A stretch of 64,000 bases of DNA from Candidatus Methylomirabilota bacterium (GCA_046726415.1 JBKPAK010000156.1:25335-89334); one strand, 5' to 3'; counted from the first letter of the stretch, positions 32,367 to 43,314 are shown. Program-made: numbers and translations. The notes: generated from the sequence alone by a model not told the origin.

Positions 32367-33572
32367 GTCAGGGGTAGCTCGCGCCGGAAGACCTCGAACG
32401 CCGACCGGCGTGTCGCCTCCATGGCCTGCCGGATCTCCTGCGTGCCGGCCCCCGCGCCGGATGCCAGCAGCGACTCGAAGAAGCGCGTGTAGAAGTGGTC
32501 GGGGTACACGGTCACGGTCGCTCGCAGGCGCAGGTCAGGACGATCGATGCGGTGGCGGTAGGCGAACTCACTCTTACCGCCCGGCGGGATGCGGGTGTCG
32601 AAAATCTCCCCGGAGAGGTCCAGAACCACCTCGCGGGCGATCCGGTGCTCCTGCACGCTGCCTGACACGACCGTGCCCGAGCGGTCCACGAGCGCGACGC
32701 GAAAGACGACGTGAGGCGTCACGTACGTCGGAAAGTGGTGGCCCACCCCGATGCTTCGGATCTGGACGGCGGCGCGCACCTCGTCTCCGGGCTGATAGCG
32801 GCGCCGATCGGTCGTCACCGCGACCTCGATGCCCGCCTTGACCATCTCTGGGTCACGGATCCCCCGCCACAGATGGCGGCGGTCGGGCATGTGAAGTCTT
32901 GGCACTGTTGTCCTCGCCGGGCGGCCGGGCTCGCCCTCCACTCCTCGTACGTGTTCTCGAGCGGCTTGCCGTTGAGGGTCAGGTCGTCCGGGCCGAACTG
33001 GTGGCACGAGGAACAGAACTCGGACCGGCGGAACTCGGGGACCCGCACGGCGCCGGCGTGCGGCACCGGTCGGCCCGGCGAATTGTTGACGGTCCCATCC
33101 CGGCGGGGCGGGCCGTATCGCCGGTTGTTGCGGACGTGGCACCCCGCACACACGAGCCCTTGCTGGTACAGGCGGCGGTCGAAGTCCGGGTTCGCCACCA
33201 GCGTGTCGCCGAGGGTTCGCACCGGGTGCTGCTCGGTGAGGGGCGCGTGGCAGGTCAGGCACAGCCGGGCCGTCGCGGGATCCGTCCGCCGCATCTCGGC
33301 GAGCTGCCCACTGACCCCCGGCCCTATGCTGCGCGCGTGCAGGGTTGTCTTCCAGTCGGCGAGCTGCACGGGGTGTCAGATCCCGCAGCTCGCCGGATCC
33401 AGGGAGCGTTCCAAGGGCTGAAGTGCAAGGGCGCCGGGCCCTGAGGGGGCACAGGCAACCGCCAGTGGCGCGCCAGAAACTCGCGATCGCGTTCGGTTAC
33501 CTGCGCTCCCTCCAGCCCCACCCCGGCGGCGAGGAGCGCGATGCCCAGGCAGGCCAATGCCCAGCGTGCCAT
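32363..33572 (-). pseudogene. Multiheme cytochrome c (c554-like), disrupted; paralog of the heme domain of 49015-50631
   Basis: CLTCH, CAGCH and CSSCH intact; first motif CGI-TGA-H; last motif broken by a 1-bp deletion near 32895; frameshift near 33417. Confidence 0.75.
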
Positions 33573-33579
33573 CCCGTTG

Positions 33580-33668
33580 AAAAACACCGTGCGAGAGGCC
33601 CCTATTCCGGCGGGCCGGCAGGCCGATCAGGGCCCCCGAGGAATATCGAGACGGCCTCGACGGTTGAA
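33580..33668. promoter_or_regulatory. Divergent pair of ECF (SigR-like GGAAT-N18-GTT) promoters
   Basis: Minus 33580-33608, plus 33640-33668. Confidence 0.7.
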
Positions 33669-33686
33669 TAGGTTGACAGTCGTAGG

Positions 33687-34289
33687 TTGACAGTCGCGAC
33701 GGGAGAGCAGTCGATCCTCTGGAAGAGCCGGTCCGAGAGCGCGGACGAGTTCGAGCAGGTGGCCCTCGTCCACCTGGACGCGCTCTACCAGACCGCGCTG
33801 CGGTTGACACATAACCGGGCGGAGGCCGAGGACCTCGTGCAGGAGGCGTACCTGCGCGCCTTCCGGAGCTTCCACCGGTTCAATCCCGGCACCAATTGCC
33901 GGGCGTGGCTGTTCACGATCATGAGAAATGTGTTCCTCAACCAGCTGCGGCATGCGGGGCGGGAGGTTCTGGACGCTGACATGACGATGCTCGATACGGC
34001 CACGGAGAGCGCGACGACCGCCCAGCCCCTGCGCGAAAACCCCGAGGAGGAGTTCCTCCAGACGGTGGTACACGGCGATGTCGACCGCGCCCTCCGCTCC
34101 TTGCCGCTGGTCTTTCGCGAGGCCATTGTCTTGGCGGATCTCGAGGGCTTGAGCTACAAGGAGGTTGCCGAGGTCGTCGGCTGCCCCATCGGTACCGTTA
34201 TGTCGCGCCTATCCCGCGGCCGGCACCTGCTCCGCCAGGCGCTGGGGCAGCTAGCTCGCGAGCACGGATACGTGGAGAAGCCGGAATGA
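33687..34289 (+). CDS. ECF sigma factor (SigR/SigH-like)
   Basis: AEAEDLVQEAYLRAF, GTNCRAWLFTI, SYKEVAEVVGCPIGTVMSRLSRGR. Confidence 0.9.
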   Translation: MTVATGEQSILWKSRSESADEFEQVALVHLDALYQTALRLTHNRAEAEDLVQEAYLRAFRSFHRFNPGTNCRAWLFTIMRNVFLNQLRHAGREVLDADMTMLDTATESATTAQPLRENPEEEFLQTVVHGDVDRALRSLPLVFREAIVLADLEGLSYKEVAEVVGCPIGTVMSRLSRGRHLLRQALGQLAREHGYVEKPE

Positions 34290-35068
34290 TGTGTACGGAG
34301 GTCGAAACCCGGCTGCATCCCTACGTGGACGGCGAGCTCCCGGTCAGCGAGACGGCGGCTATCGATGCTCACCTGGCCGGGTGCCCGGAGTGCGCCATCC
34401 TCGCCCGCCGCGAGCGAGACTTCCGCACCCTCCTGCGCCGGCAGCCGCGAGAACGGGCCCCCGAGGAGTTCCGCCGCAGGCTGGCGGCGCGCATCCGGCG
34501 TGAGGCTCGGCGCAAGTCGGCCCGGCCGTGGGTCCTGATCCCGGCGCTGGCGGCAGCGGCCGCTGTCCTGGCCATCGTGATGCTGCCGGCCCGGCAAACC
34601 TCCGCCCCCCTGATGGTCGATCTGGTCGACAAGCACATGGCCTACGCGCAGCTCGATCGACCCGCGGAGCTCGTGTCCGGTGACCCGGCCGAGGTGGCGA
34701 CCTGGTTCCTCCAGCGAGCGGGACTCCGCGTGACGGTGCCGGACTACTCGCCCGCGGGGATTCGCCTGGTCGGCGGCCGGCTCGCCGAGGCGCACGAACG
34801 CAAGGCCGCCTATCTGATCTACGAGAAAGGCAGCGTCCTGCTCTCGGTGTTCATTGTCCCGACGGGTGATGAGACCGCGGCCCTTCGCGGCGAGGACGTC
34901 AGCTTCCGCGGGCACACCTACGTGAAGAGCGAGCGGAAGGGATTCCGGACGGTCGCGTGGACGGAGAACCAGGTGCTCTTCGGCCTGGTCTCCAGCCTCG
35001 ACTATGAGGCTCTTCTCGAATGCGCGGACCGCCTGCGCTATGCGCGGACGCGCCAAGCTCGGTTGTAG
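34286..35068 (+). CDS. Membrane anti-sigma factor with zf-HC2 zinc site
   Basis: C...HPYVDGEL...HLAGCPEC, one TM helix. Confidence 0.85.
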   Translation: MMCTEVETRLHPYVDGELPVSETAAIDAHLAGCPECAILARRERDFRTLLRRQPRERAPEEFRRRLAARIRREARRKSARPWVLIPALAAAAAVLAIVMLPARQTSAPLMVDLVDKHMAYAQLDRPAELVSGDPAEVATWFLQRAGLRVTVPDYSPAGIRLVGGRLAEAHERKAAYLIYEKGSVLLSVFIVPTGDETAALRGEDVSFRGHTYVKSERKGFRTVAWTENQVLFGLVSSLDYEALLECADRLRYARTRQARL

Positions 35069-35072
35069 GGCG

Positions 35073-36170
35073 ATGGTACCGAACAGAATGGTCTCGCTCC
35101 TCGCGGGCGGATTGCTCGTGGCGGTTGCCGCGAGCGAGGCGGTCGAGCTCCGCACCGACACCTCGAAGGCCCTCGTGCCGCTCGACGAAATCATCTCGGG
35201 AGGCCCTCCACCCGACGGCATTCCGGCCATCGACCGGCCGCGCTTCGTCAGCCCGGACGAGGCCTCGGCGTGGCTGGTGGCCAAGGAGCCGGTGCTTGCG
35301 CTCGGGGCCAAGGGCGACGCGCGCGCCTACCCGCTGCAGATCCTCATGTGGCATGAGATCGTCAACGATGTCGTGGGTGGTCTCCCCGTCACCGTGACCT
35401 TCTGCCCGCTCTGTAACTCCGGCATTGTCTTCGAGCGGGTGGTGAACGGGGCAACGCTCGACTTCGGGACCTCCGGCAAGCTCTACAAGAGCGACCTCGT
35501 GATGTACGACCGTCAGAGCCACTCCCTGTGGTCGCAGATGGAGGGCCGGGCCATCGTCGGCACGCTCGCGGGAACCCAGCTCAGGCTGGTGCCCGCGAAC
35601 ACCCTGTCCTTCGAGGAGTGGCGCTCCGCCCACCCCGCCGGGAAGGTGCTCTCCCGCGAGACCGGTCACATGCGCAGTTACGGCGTCAACCCCTACGAGG
35701 CGTACGACCAGCCCCAGCTCCGGCCCTTCCTCTTTCACGGGCGCCCGGATCCTCGCCGGCCGCCCAAGGAGCGCGTCGTGGGCGTGAAGAGCGGGGACGT
35801 CGCCAGAGCCTATCCGTGGCCCGTCATCGTCGAACGCAAGGTCGTTCACGATCGGCTCGGCGACGTCGCGCTCGTCATCCTCTACCAACCGGGAGCGTTG
35901 TCGGCACTCGATGCGCACGAAATCAAGCGGTCTCGCGCCGTGGGTGCGACCGCCGTGTTCAGTCCGTTGGTGGAGGGACGTGCGTTGAGCTTCGAGGCGA
36001 TCCCCGAGGGCTTCCGCGACCGGGAAACCGGGTCGATATGGAACCTGCTCGGCCACGCCCGCAAAGGCGCCCTGGCGGGCCGGCGTCTGAGCCCCATCCC
36101 TCACGTCGACGCCTTCTGGTTCGCCTGGGCGGCCTTCAACCCGTCGACGTCCATTTACGGCGACCCATGA
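35073..36170 (+). CDS. DUF3179-domain protein (Cys form, CPLC)
   Basis: GGPPPDGIPAID, WHEIVND, TFCPLCNS, FGTSGKL, FWFAW. Confidence 0.85.
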   Translation: MVPNRMVSLLAGGLLVAVAASEAVELRTDTSKALVPLDEIISGGPPPDGIPAIDRPRFVSPDEASAWLVAKEPVLALGAKGDARAYPLQILMWHEIVNDVVGGLPVTVTFCPLCNSGIVFERVVNGATLDFGTSGKLYKSDLVMYDRQSHSLWSQMEGRAIVGTLAGTQLRLVPANTLSFEEWRSAHPAGKVLSRETGHMRSYGVNPYEAYDQPQLRPFLFHGRPDPRRPPKERVVGVKSGDVARAYPWPVIVERKVVHDRLGDVALVILYQPGALSALDAHEIKRSRAVGATAVFSPLVEGRALSFEAIPEGFRDRETGSIWNLLGHARKGALAGRRLSPIPHVDAFWFAWAAFNPSTSIYGDP

Positions 36171-36763
36171 CGCCGGCGAGCGAGCTGCTGGCCCTCCTCG
36201 AAGCGCTGGAGCGCAAGGGCACCAGCGTCATCGAGCTCGTGCGCGATGGCCAGCCCCAGGAGCCGTGGCGGCTCTACCCAGCAGAGAGCGGGATCTTCGA
36301 TCGGCGCACGCGCTACCAGTTCTACTACCACAGCCACGGCGCCGCCCTCGAGGCCGGGCACTTCCATACCGTGCGCTTGTTCGCCGATCGGACGGTGCAC
36401 CTGGTTGCGATCTCGAGGGCGCCCGACGGCTGGCCGCAGGCGTTGTTCACGCTCAACCTGTGGGCGATCGGCGATGCCTACGAGAGCGCCGCCGCCCTCA
36501 AGCACTACGCCACGGGCTTCCGGCTCCGCAAACAGGTCGGGCCTTTGCCGCTCGTCCGCTTCGTCAACCTCGTCTTCCAGGCATTCTTGCCGGAGATCGA
36601 GCGACTTCAGGAGGAGAAAATCGAGACGCTTGCCCAACACCGTGCGTCCCATCCGGACCACAATGTCTTCGAGGACCGTTCGCTCGAGATCTTGAGTCGG
36701 GTGGCGATCGACGTGCGGGCGCGCGCTGGCAGCGTGACCCTGGCCACGTGCAGTTCCCGATGA
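36167..36763 (+). CDS. Conserved hypothetical protein (DUF6969-like)
   Basis: ATGA overlaps on both sides; QFYYHSH, GHFH, HLVAIS, LFTLNLW. Confidence 0.65.
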   Translation: MTPASELLALLEALERKGTSVIELVRDGQPQEPWRLYPAESGIFDRRTRYQFYYHSHGAALEAGHFHTVRLFADRTVHLVAISRAPDGWPQALFTLNLWAIGDAYESAAALKHYATGFRLRKQVGPLPLVRFVNLVFQAFLPEIERLQEEKIETLAQHRASHPDHNVFEDRSLEILSRVAIDVRARAGSVTLATCSSR

Positions 36764-37335
36764 AGAGCGCGCTGGCGATGTCCCGCGCCGCCCGTCAAAC
36801 TCTGTTCGCCCTGCTGCTGGCTAGTCTCTCGCTCGCCGCGCCCGGCGCCGCCGTGAACCTCGATCAGCTCATGCGGGACTTCCGCGTGACACCGGTGGGG
36901 TTGAAGCTCGCGCCAACCTTCACCCTGGCGACTCTTGGCGGAAAGCCAGCCACGCTCACCGCACAGCGCGGCCGCCCCGTCCTGCTCTACTTCTGGGCCA
37001 CCTGGTGACCACACTGCACGAGGGAGTTACCCTCGTCCATCGAGCAGCTGCACCGCGATCTCGTGGCCCGCGGCCTCTCCATCTTGGCGGTGAACATCCA
37101 GGAGAGCCCGTCGACGGTGGCCGCGTGGGCCCATGAGCGCAACGTCACCGTGCCGATCCTGCTCGACCCCGACGGGGAGGTGACGCGCCAGTACGGCGTG
37201 ATCGCAACCCCGACGACGTTTCTCATCGACCGCGAGGGGCGGCTGCTCGGCCGCGTCGTGGGACCGCGCGCCTGGGCCTCGCCCGAGGGCAAGGCGTTGA
37301 TCGCCGCTCTCCTCGAGGCTCCATCGCGCCCGTGA
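36760..37335 (+). CDS. TlpA-family thiol-disulfide oxidoreductase, predicted selenoprotein (UxxC, TGA 37006-37008)
   Basis: LYFWATW-TGA-PHCTRELP...YGVIATPTTFLIDREG; hairpin at 37018-37036. Confidence 0.9.
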
Positions 37336-37357
37336 TGGATTCACAGGTCGCCAAGGA

Positions 37358-38482
37358 GTGATAGAGGGCGCCGCGATGACGTCAGCAGCTCCGTTCTTTC
37401 CGGTGACATGCCATCCACTGCTACGCCGACGGCAGTTCCTTGCGAGCGGTGTCGGTCTCCTGGGCTCCACCGCCCTTGGCGTTGGTCATGTGCACGCGTC
37501 CGACGCAACGGCTATCATCAGCGCCCACGCCACGGTACCCGATCCGTGGGCGGTGGCTCACGGCCTGCGTGCCATGGGTCCAGCCTTTGCGATCAAGGGA
37601 GGCCAGCGCGGAGTTGATTTCCTGCTCGAGCGGTACGTGACAGAAGTCACCGTGAACGGGCGAACCATGCTCGCGTTCCCCCGCGACATCGAGATCCACC
37701 CGAATAGCTTCCTCAAGACGATGCTCGAAGCGGGGGTCCCGACGAGCTACCGCTTTACCCACAAGCGGCGGCAACGAACGCTCGCGGAGCTCGTTGATGG
37801 GGCGCGACTTCTGTTTAGACCGCACGAAATGGCGGAACCTAACCAAATCCCATGGAGTCTGATCGCGTTCAGCCGTACTACCTCGTCCGTGCGGCGGCGA
37901 TGGACCAACGCGTGGGGCGAGACGGTAGACCTGGACGCGTCGGTCGACGGGGCACTCCGGTCGCTGGAGAACGCCTCCGCACCCATCGCCGCTGCAAGGC
38001 GCGACGGTCGGCCGCTCGTGGCCAAGGCGCCCGTGCACAGCTTCACGTGCGGGGGCACACACATGCTGTACGGCCTCCTGTCCGCCGTCCACCATGGCTT
38101 CGGCGGCAGTGGCACATGCGTGCGCGTGCAGCAGCAGACCGCGCTGATGATCTGGCGCATGGGGGGCGCGGACGTCGACCTCATCAGCCGCTTCTACCGC
38201 GGCTATGTCCGCTCGCCGCGTAACCAATGGGAAGAGCTGGATTCGAAGCTGAAGTTGATAGGCCACGCTGAGGAGTACGTCGCCTTTGCGACTGCCCGCG
38301 GCGTCATGACCTTGTCGGCTGACCAGCAGGCACTGCGGGCTGCCGGCAAGAAGCTCCTCCTGGAGCTGCTCGCCGACGTGCGACATCGCGACCTCACGAC
38401 GGTTCGGACCCTGGCCCCGCAGACCTACCAGCAATTCGTCGGCGACACGTGTCACGCGCAGCACGGGCTGACGCTCACGTGA
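37358..38482 (+). CDS. Tat-exported hypothetical protein
   Basis: RRRQFL leader; FTCGGTH, KLIGHAEE, GDTCHA. Confidence 0.65.
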   Translation: MIEGAAMTSAAPFFPVTCHPLLRRRQFLASGVGLLGSTALGVGHVHASDATAIISAHATVPDPWAVAHGLRAMGPAFAIKGGQRGVDFLLERYVTEVTVNGRTMLAFPRDIEIHPNSFLKTMLEAGVPTSYRFTHKRRQRTLAELVDGARLLFRPHEMAEPNQIPWSLIAFSRTTSSVRRRWTNAWGETVDLDASVDGALRSLENASAPIAAARRDGRPLVAKAPVHSFTCGGTHMLYGLLSAVHHGFGGSGTCVRVQQQTALMIWRMGGADVDLISRFYRGYVRSPRNQWEELDSKLKLIGHAEEYVAFATARGVMTLSADQQALRAAGKKLLLELLADVRHRDLTTVRTLAPQTYQQFVGDTCHAQHGLTLT

Positions 38483-38498
38483 CCCCCCAGGAAACATC

Positions 38499-38873
38499 TT
38501 GGTGCACACCGGCACGCCGGAGGTGTCTGTGGCCTCCCGTCCCGCGCTACCGACGGTGGAAATCGGCTTGACTCGGGAGTGCCGCCGCTGCCTTCGCCAC
38601 GAGCGCGACGGGGGCGGCTTCCAACTCGTTGGGCCGGACGGACCCGAGACGCGGTGCCTGCCCTGTTCGGTCTGTCATCCTCCGCTCCTGCGTCGGTCCC
38701 TCGCGATCGCCTCGATCGTCGGCTCCGTGCTGGTGGCCATCAATCAGGGTGATGCGCTTCTCGCGGGGACGTGGTCTGCGGCGTTGTTCTGGAAACTGCC
38801 CCTGACCTACGCGGTGCCGTTCATCGTGGCGACGTGGGGCGCCCTGGGTGCGAGCCGAGTATCGCGGCGATGA
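38499..38873 (+). CDS. NrtS-like small membrane protein with N-terminal CxxC...CxxC
   Basis: RRSLAIASIVGSVLVAINQGD...LTYAVPFIVAT. Confidence 0.55.
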   Translation: MVHTGTPEVSVASRPALPTVEIGLTRECRRCLRHERDGGGFQLVGPDGPETRCLPCSVCHPPLLRRSLAIASIVGSVLVAINQGDALLAGTWSAALFWKLPLTYAVPFIVATWGALGASRVSRR

Positions 38874-39109
38874 GGCGCTCGAAGGAAGACGGTGGAGCGG
38901 GAAGCGATAGCCGCGCGGACGGCCGCCAGCGAGGCCCCTCGGCGTGAACGACTCATTCTGGCTCACCCCGTTGTTCCCACCGCGCGACGGCGGCCGGTCC
39001 GCCGTCCGGACCGGTGAGGCCGGGCCCCGCCGACGCAAACGGTTTCACGACGAGCGGTACGCGACTACATCGCTCCTCAGTCGGCGCTGGAGCTGACGAT
39101 CCCCGCTGC

Positions 39110-39919
39110 CGCGAGGGGGGCGTGGGATCGCCGGCACAGCGAAAGCCGATGAGGATATGGCGACTATCCGCAGGCCGGCCGTGGCGGAAGGCCGGGCGAC
39201 ACCAGGCCGGGGTCGTCGTCCCATGGGCAGCCCTTCAGGACGCGGCGTCCGCCCTCGAGCGTCGACGCCGTCCACTGAAAGACGTTGCCAACGGCGTCCA
39301 GCACGCCATACGGACTCGCGCCGCCAGGGTAGCGCATGACGGGGGTCGTCCCGAGGGTCTTGGCTTGCCCGCTGTTCGCACGGGAAGGATCCGAGTTGAT
39401 GCCCCAGGGAAAGATCTGCCCGTCGCTGCCGCGGGCCGCTCTCTCCCACTCGCGCTCCTCGGGAAGGCGGCGCGCGCGCCACTGGCAGTATGCCTCGGCA
39501 TCGCCCGCGCTGACGAGCACGACCGGGTGGTCGTCCCGCCCCCCGGGGGGCTTGCCCTCGCGCCACAGGTACCTGGTGACCTCGCGATCATAGTCGTGAA
39601 CGAGGAAGCCCTGATGCTCGTAGTCCTACTTCGTGATGCCGGGCCGCCGGTGGCCCGTGGCGCTGATGAACGACGCGTAGGCGGCCTGCGTGACCAGCGT
39701 CCGATCGATGCAGAAAGTGAGGACGAACACGCGTTGGCGAGGAAGCTCCCGATCGAACCATCGGGCCTGCCGCGTGGCCTCGGTCGACAGCCCATTCGCG
39801 ATGGCCCGCTCGCGCGCATCACTGCCCATCCAGAAGAACCCGGCGGGCACCTGGACCATGTCGCCGGGACACTCCAGGGTCGCGATGGCAGAGGCGAAGG
39901 CGACAGCCAGCAGCAGCAT
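39110..39919 (-). pseudogene. Formylglycine-generating enzyme (SUMF1/EgtB/PvdO) family, disrupted
   Basis: VPAGFFWMGS, HPVVLVS, RLPEEREWERAARG, SPYGVLDAVGNV, IGFRC; in-frame TAG 39626-39628 and frameshift near 39200. Confidence 0.75.
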
Positions 39920-39933
39920 GGCAATCCCACAGC

Positions 39934-40067
39934 ATCAACCCCAGAGGGACAGCTCGCATTCCCTGATCAAGACCCGCCTCTCTCCTCATCCTCCCGGCCG
40001 ACGGTTTACCATGTGCATCGCGGTCCGCGATTGTCACGGGAATAACTGCGTCGCGACGTGTGTTCTA
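39934..40067. promoter_or_regulatory. Divergent pair of ECF GGAAT-N18-GTT promoters
   Basis: Minus 39934-39962, plus 40039-40067. Confidence 0.7.
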
Positions 40068-40114
40068 GATAGTCGCAACATGCGCTCAATGCTTCCGCAT
40101 GGAGGGATCGTCCG

Positions 40115-40969
40115 ATGCTCGCGCCCCGGGTCGCGTTCGGCGAGCTGCGCGAAGTCTGGTTCCAGCTCACGGGCACTCTCTGCAACCTCGCGTGCCGCCA
40201 CTGCTTCAACGCGAGCGGTCCCCGCGCCCCCTGGCTCAAAAGCCTCGACCCTGGAACCGTGCGCCGCTCTATCGCGGAGGCCGAGAGCCTGGGCGTGCGC
40301 GAGTTCTACTTCACCGGGGGAGAACCCTTCCTCCACCCCGAGATCCTGCCGTTGATCGCCGACGCGTTGAAGGTGGCCCCGACCACCGCGCTGACGAACG
40401 GCACGCTCATCGACGACGCCCTGGCGGATAGGCTGGTCCGCGCGGCCGCCGCCGCGCCATATTCCCTGGAGATTCGCGTGAGCCTCGATGCCGCCACCGC
40501 CCGGGAGAACGACGCGATCCGGGGACGAGGGAGCTTTGCGAAGGCGCTCGCTGCCGTTCAACGTCTGGCCGCTCGCGATCTCTACCCCATCGTCACGGCG
40601 ACCGAGATCACGGCGTCGGCGTCCGGACCACCACTCTATGAGCGGCTCCGCGCGCTGCTGCTGGAGACCGGCGTGACCAGGCCGCGGATCAAGATCCTCC
40701 CCGTCCTGCCGACGGGGCGGTGCGACGGGCGGAGCGCCGCGCGGTATGTCACCACGGCCGACCTCCAAGGGTTCGACACCTCACGGCTACAGTGCACCCA
40801 GAGCCGGGTGGTGGCAGAGGGCGGCGTCTACGCGTGCCCGATCCTGGCCGGCCTCCCGGGCGCCCGTCTGGCCAGGGACAGTCTGGCCGAGGCCCTCGGG
40901 CCCACGCCGCTTTACCACCACGCCTGCTACACGTGCTACGAGACGGGCATCGCGTGCAGGAACTTCTGA
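40115..40969 (+). CDS. Radical SAM protein
   Basis: CNLACRHC, FTGGEPF, LTNG; C-terminal LQC...YACPIL...CYTCYETGIAC. Confidence 0.85.
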   Translation: MLAPRVAFGELREVWFQLTGTLCNLACRHCFNASGPRAPWLKSLDPGTVRRSIAEAESLGVREFYFTGGEPFLHPEILPLIADALKVAPTTALTNGTLIDDALADRLVRAAAAAPYSLEIRVSLDAATARENDAIRGRGSFAKALAAVQRLAARDLYPIVTATEITASASGPPLYERLRALLLETGVTRPRIKILPVLPTGRCDGRSAARYVTTADLQGFDTSRLQCTQSRVVAEGGVYACPILAGLPGARLARDSLAEALGPTPLYHHACYTCYETGIACRNF

Positions 40970-41751
40970 GCGTCCGGCGCGTCGCGCTGCTCGGGGGGAT
41001 CTACAGCAACTACCTCGCCCTAGAGGCGGCCATTGCCGATGCGCGCGCCCGGGGCGCGGAGGCCATCGCCTGCCTGGGCGACCTCGGCGGCTTCGGCCCG
41101 TACCCCGACCGCGTCTTCCCCATCCTGCGCGACGCCGGGGCGGTCTGCGTGCAGGGCAACTACGACCTCGCCCTCGCCCACGGGGCGCCCGACTGCGGCT
41201 GCGGCTACACCGACCCCCGCGACAACCACTTTGCTCGGATCTCGTACGAGTACACGGTGCGCAACACCTCGGCCGAGCACCGACGCTGGCTTGGCACGCT
41301 ACCGCTCACCCTCCGGATTGGCCTCGGCAGCCTGCGCGTCCTGCTCTGCCACGGTTCGCCACGCCAGATCAACGAGTTCCTCTGGGAGACGACCACCCCC
41401 AGCGGCCTCCTCGAGCGCTTCTGCCGTGAGGCCGAGACGGACGTGCTGTGCTTCACGCACACCGGGATCAAGTGGCATCGGGCGCTCCCCAGTGGACGCC
41501 ACGCCATCAACGTCGGCGCGCTGGGTCGGCCGGAAAACGACGGCACACCCAGCGTCTGGTACGCCCTGCTCACGGCGCATCCGGATCTCTCGGTTGAATT
41601 CATTCCCGTCCGCTACGATCACGAGACCCTAGCGCGAGAGATGCAGCGCGAAGGCCTTCCCCCGGAGTTCGTCGAGACGATTCGCTCCGGGTGGTGGACC
41701 TGCTGTCTCGAGTCGATGCCCGTCAAGGAGCGCGCCCGGGGCCGCTACTGA
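40966..41751 (+). CDS. Calcineurin-like metallophosphoesterase family protein, Cys-rich
   Basis: CLGDLGG, QGNYD, DCGCGY, CHGSP, THTG, WWTCC; start codon uncertain. Confidence 0.8.
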   Translation: MSVRRVALLGGIYSNYLALEAAIADARARGAEAIACLGDLGGFGPYPDRVFPILRDAGAVCVQGNYDLALAHGAPDCGCGYTDPRDNHFARISYEYTVRNTSAEHRRWLGTLPLTLRIGLGSLRVLLCHGSPRQINEFLWETTTPSGLLERFCREAETDVLCFTHTGIKWHRALPSGRHAINVGALGRPENDGTPSVWYALLTAHPDLSVEFIPVRYDHETLAREMQREGLPPEFVETIRSGWWTCCLESMPVKERARGRY

Positions 41752-41791
41752 GACCAGTGGCGCAGGATCCTCGGAACAGGGTGGTGGCCGG

Positions 41792-42091
41792 CTATACTCC
41801 CTCCGCCTTGGCGCGATACGCGAACGCCTCGACGAGCGCGTCGTCCTGCTTCACGCGCGAGTCGATTTCCACGCCAAGACCGTCCGCCATCCGGCAGCGC
41901 AGCGCGTAGTACGCCGTGACCATGACGATCTCGAAGATCTCCTCGTCGCCGAAGCCCACCTGGCGCAGCGCCATCACATGGTCTCGCGTCGCCTTGCTCG
42001 GGGTGAGGGCGAGGACCTCGACGTAGGCGAGCATGGCCCGGTCCGCTTCGGGCAGGGCCAAATCGCGCCAACTGTGCGCGAGGGTGAGCAA
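41792..42091 (-). pseudogene. C-terminal half of an AhpD/CMD-like protein
   Basis: ADRAMLAY...LTP...LRQVGFGDEEIFEI...RMADGLGV; N-terminal CxxC half absent. Confidence 0.6.
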
Positions 42092-42164
42092 CCTTCACGG
42101 TGGGTTGTCGGTCGCGGACCCCGCCATCCCCCCAGCGACCAAGGCCGCGAGCATCCCCGTCTGT

Positions 42165-43227
42165 TCAGAGGCCGAGGACACCGGCGGCGCGGGCGGTGCC
42201 AGCCACGCGCGCGCGGATCTTCTCGAAGGCCGTCTCTCGCGACGTCGACATGTCGTCGCCGAAGGGCGAGAAGCCGCAGTCGTCGGTCGTCCCCAGTCGG
42301 TCTGGCCCGAGGTACTCGGCCGCTTCGAGGACTCGATCGCGGACCGCTTCGGGGGTCTCGACCTTCGGATCGATGGGATCGGTCACGCCAACGAAGACCC
42401 GCTGATCCCGCTTTGCGTGCGCCCGGATGAGGCTGAGCACCCGGCGCCGGTCGCGCTCGCTCGCCAGCTGGATATAGAAGTTCCCCACTCCAAGTCTGAA
42501 GAGATCCGGCAAGAGGTCGGCGTAGTCCACGTCTGCGCTGTGGGTCGAGTCCCGGTCGCCGCCCGGGCACGTGTGAATCCCGATTCGCGCGCGCTCCTCG
42601 GCGGTGCAGACGTCGAACACGCGGTTGTTGAGGTCGAGGAACGCGTTCAGGAGGCCCTTCGACGGGTCGAGCTTGACGGCGAGCCGCCCCTCGGTGAAGT
42701 CGATCTGGACGCAGTGGGCACCCTGGTCCAAACATCGCCGGATGTCGGCCCGCGCCTCACGCACGAGGTCGTCGAGGAACTCCTCTCGGGGGTAGCCTCG
42801 GATGCCGTCCCGAGGGTACAGAAGACTGAGCGCCGATGCGGCGATGACCGCCTGCTTGACGGGAACGCGCGCGTACTTCCTTGCTGCCACCAGATAGGTG
42901 TCGGCATAGGTTCGGTACCTGAACGGCCCGGTCGTCAGCCGCGGCAACTGCCGCGTGTGTCGGTCGGCGATGTGATCGTGACGCCGTCCGGGGCCAGGTG
43001 CGCCAGGCCGGCGATCGGGTAGGTGGCAAAGCTCGGCTTGGTCTGCTCGCCGTCCGTGATGACGGGCGACCCCGTCGCCTCGAAACGCTCGATGGTGTCC
43101 CGGACCGCCCGATCGTAGAGCGTGTTCAGGGCCTCGCGCGAGAGGCGACCGGCGTTGAGGCCTCGACGCCGAGGATGAGTTCCGGTGGTCGTGGGATGCT
43201 GCCGATGGGTTCGGTCGGGATTGGCAT
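42165..43227 (-). pseudogene. Cobalamin-independent methionine synthase II family, frameshifted
   Basis: MPIPTEPIGSIPRP, VITDGEQ, QIDFTEG, HTCPGGD, DDCGFSP spread over different frames. Confidence 0.75.
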
Positions 43228-43314
43228 GGTGCCGCTATCTCTCCCCGTTCTCCGGTCGTCAGGTTCGCGTATCCCGTCTCCAAACTGGCGTCACCGTCAC
43301 CTGAACCCTCTTCG

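Noticed and set aside
35073-36170. DUF3179 as a selenoprotein
   Set aside because: Its CPLC motif is encoded by TGC/TGT and there is no in-frame TGA.
39626-39628. Pyrrolysine TAG in the FGE-family gene
   Set aside because: The gene also has a frameshift, the site is not a recognisable catalytic position, and no pyl genes are present. Likely a nonsense change.
42095-42097. In-frame TGA upstream of the AhpD/CMD fragment, followed by a GTT-containing hairpin
   Set aside because: Upstream residues (ATDNPP) do not resemble the CxxC/CxxU region of the family and the spacing to the conserved half is too short. It also shows such hairpins can arise by chance.
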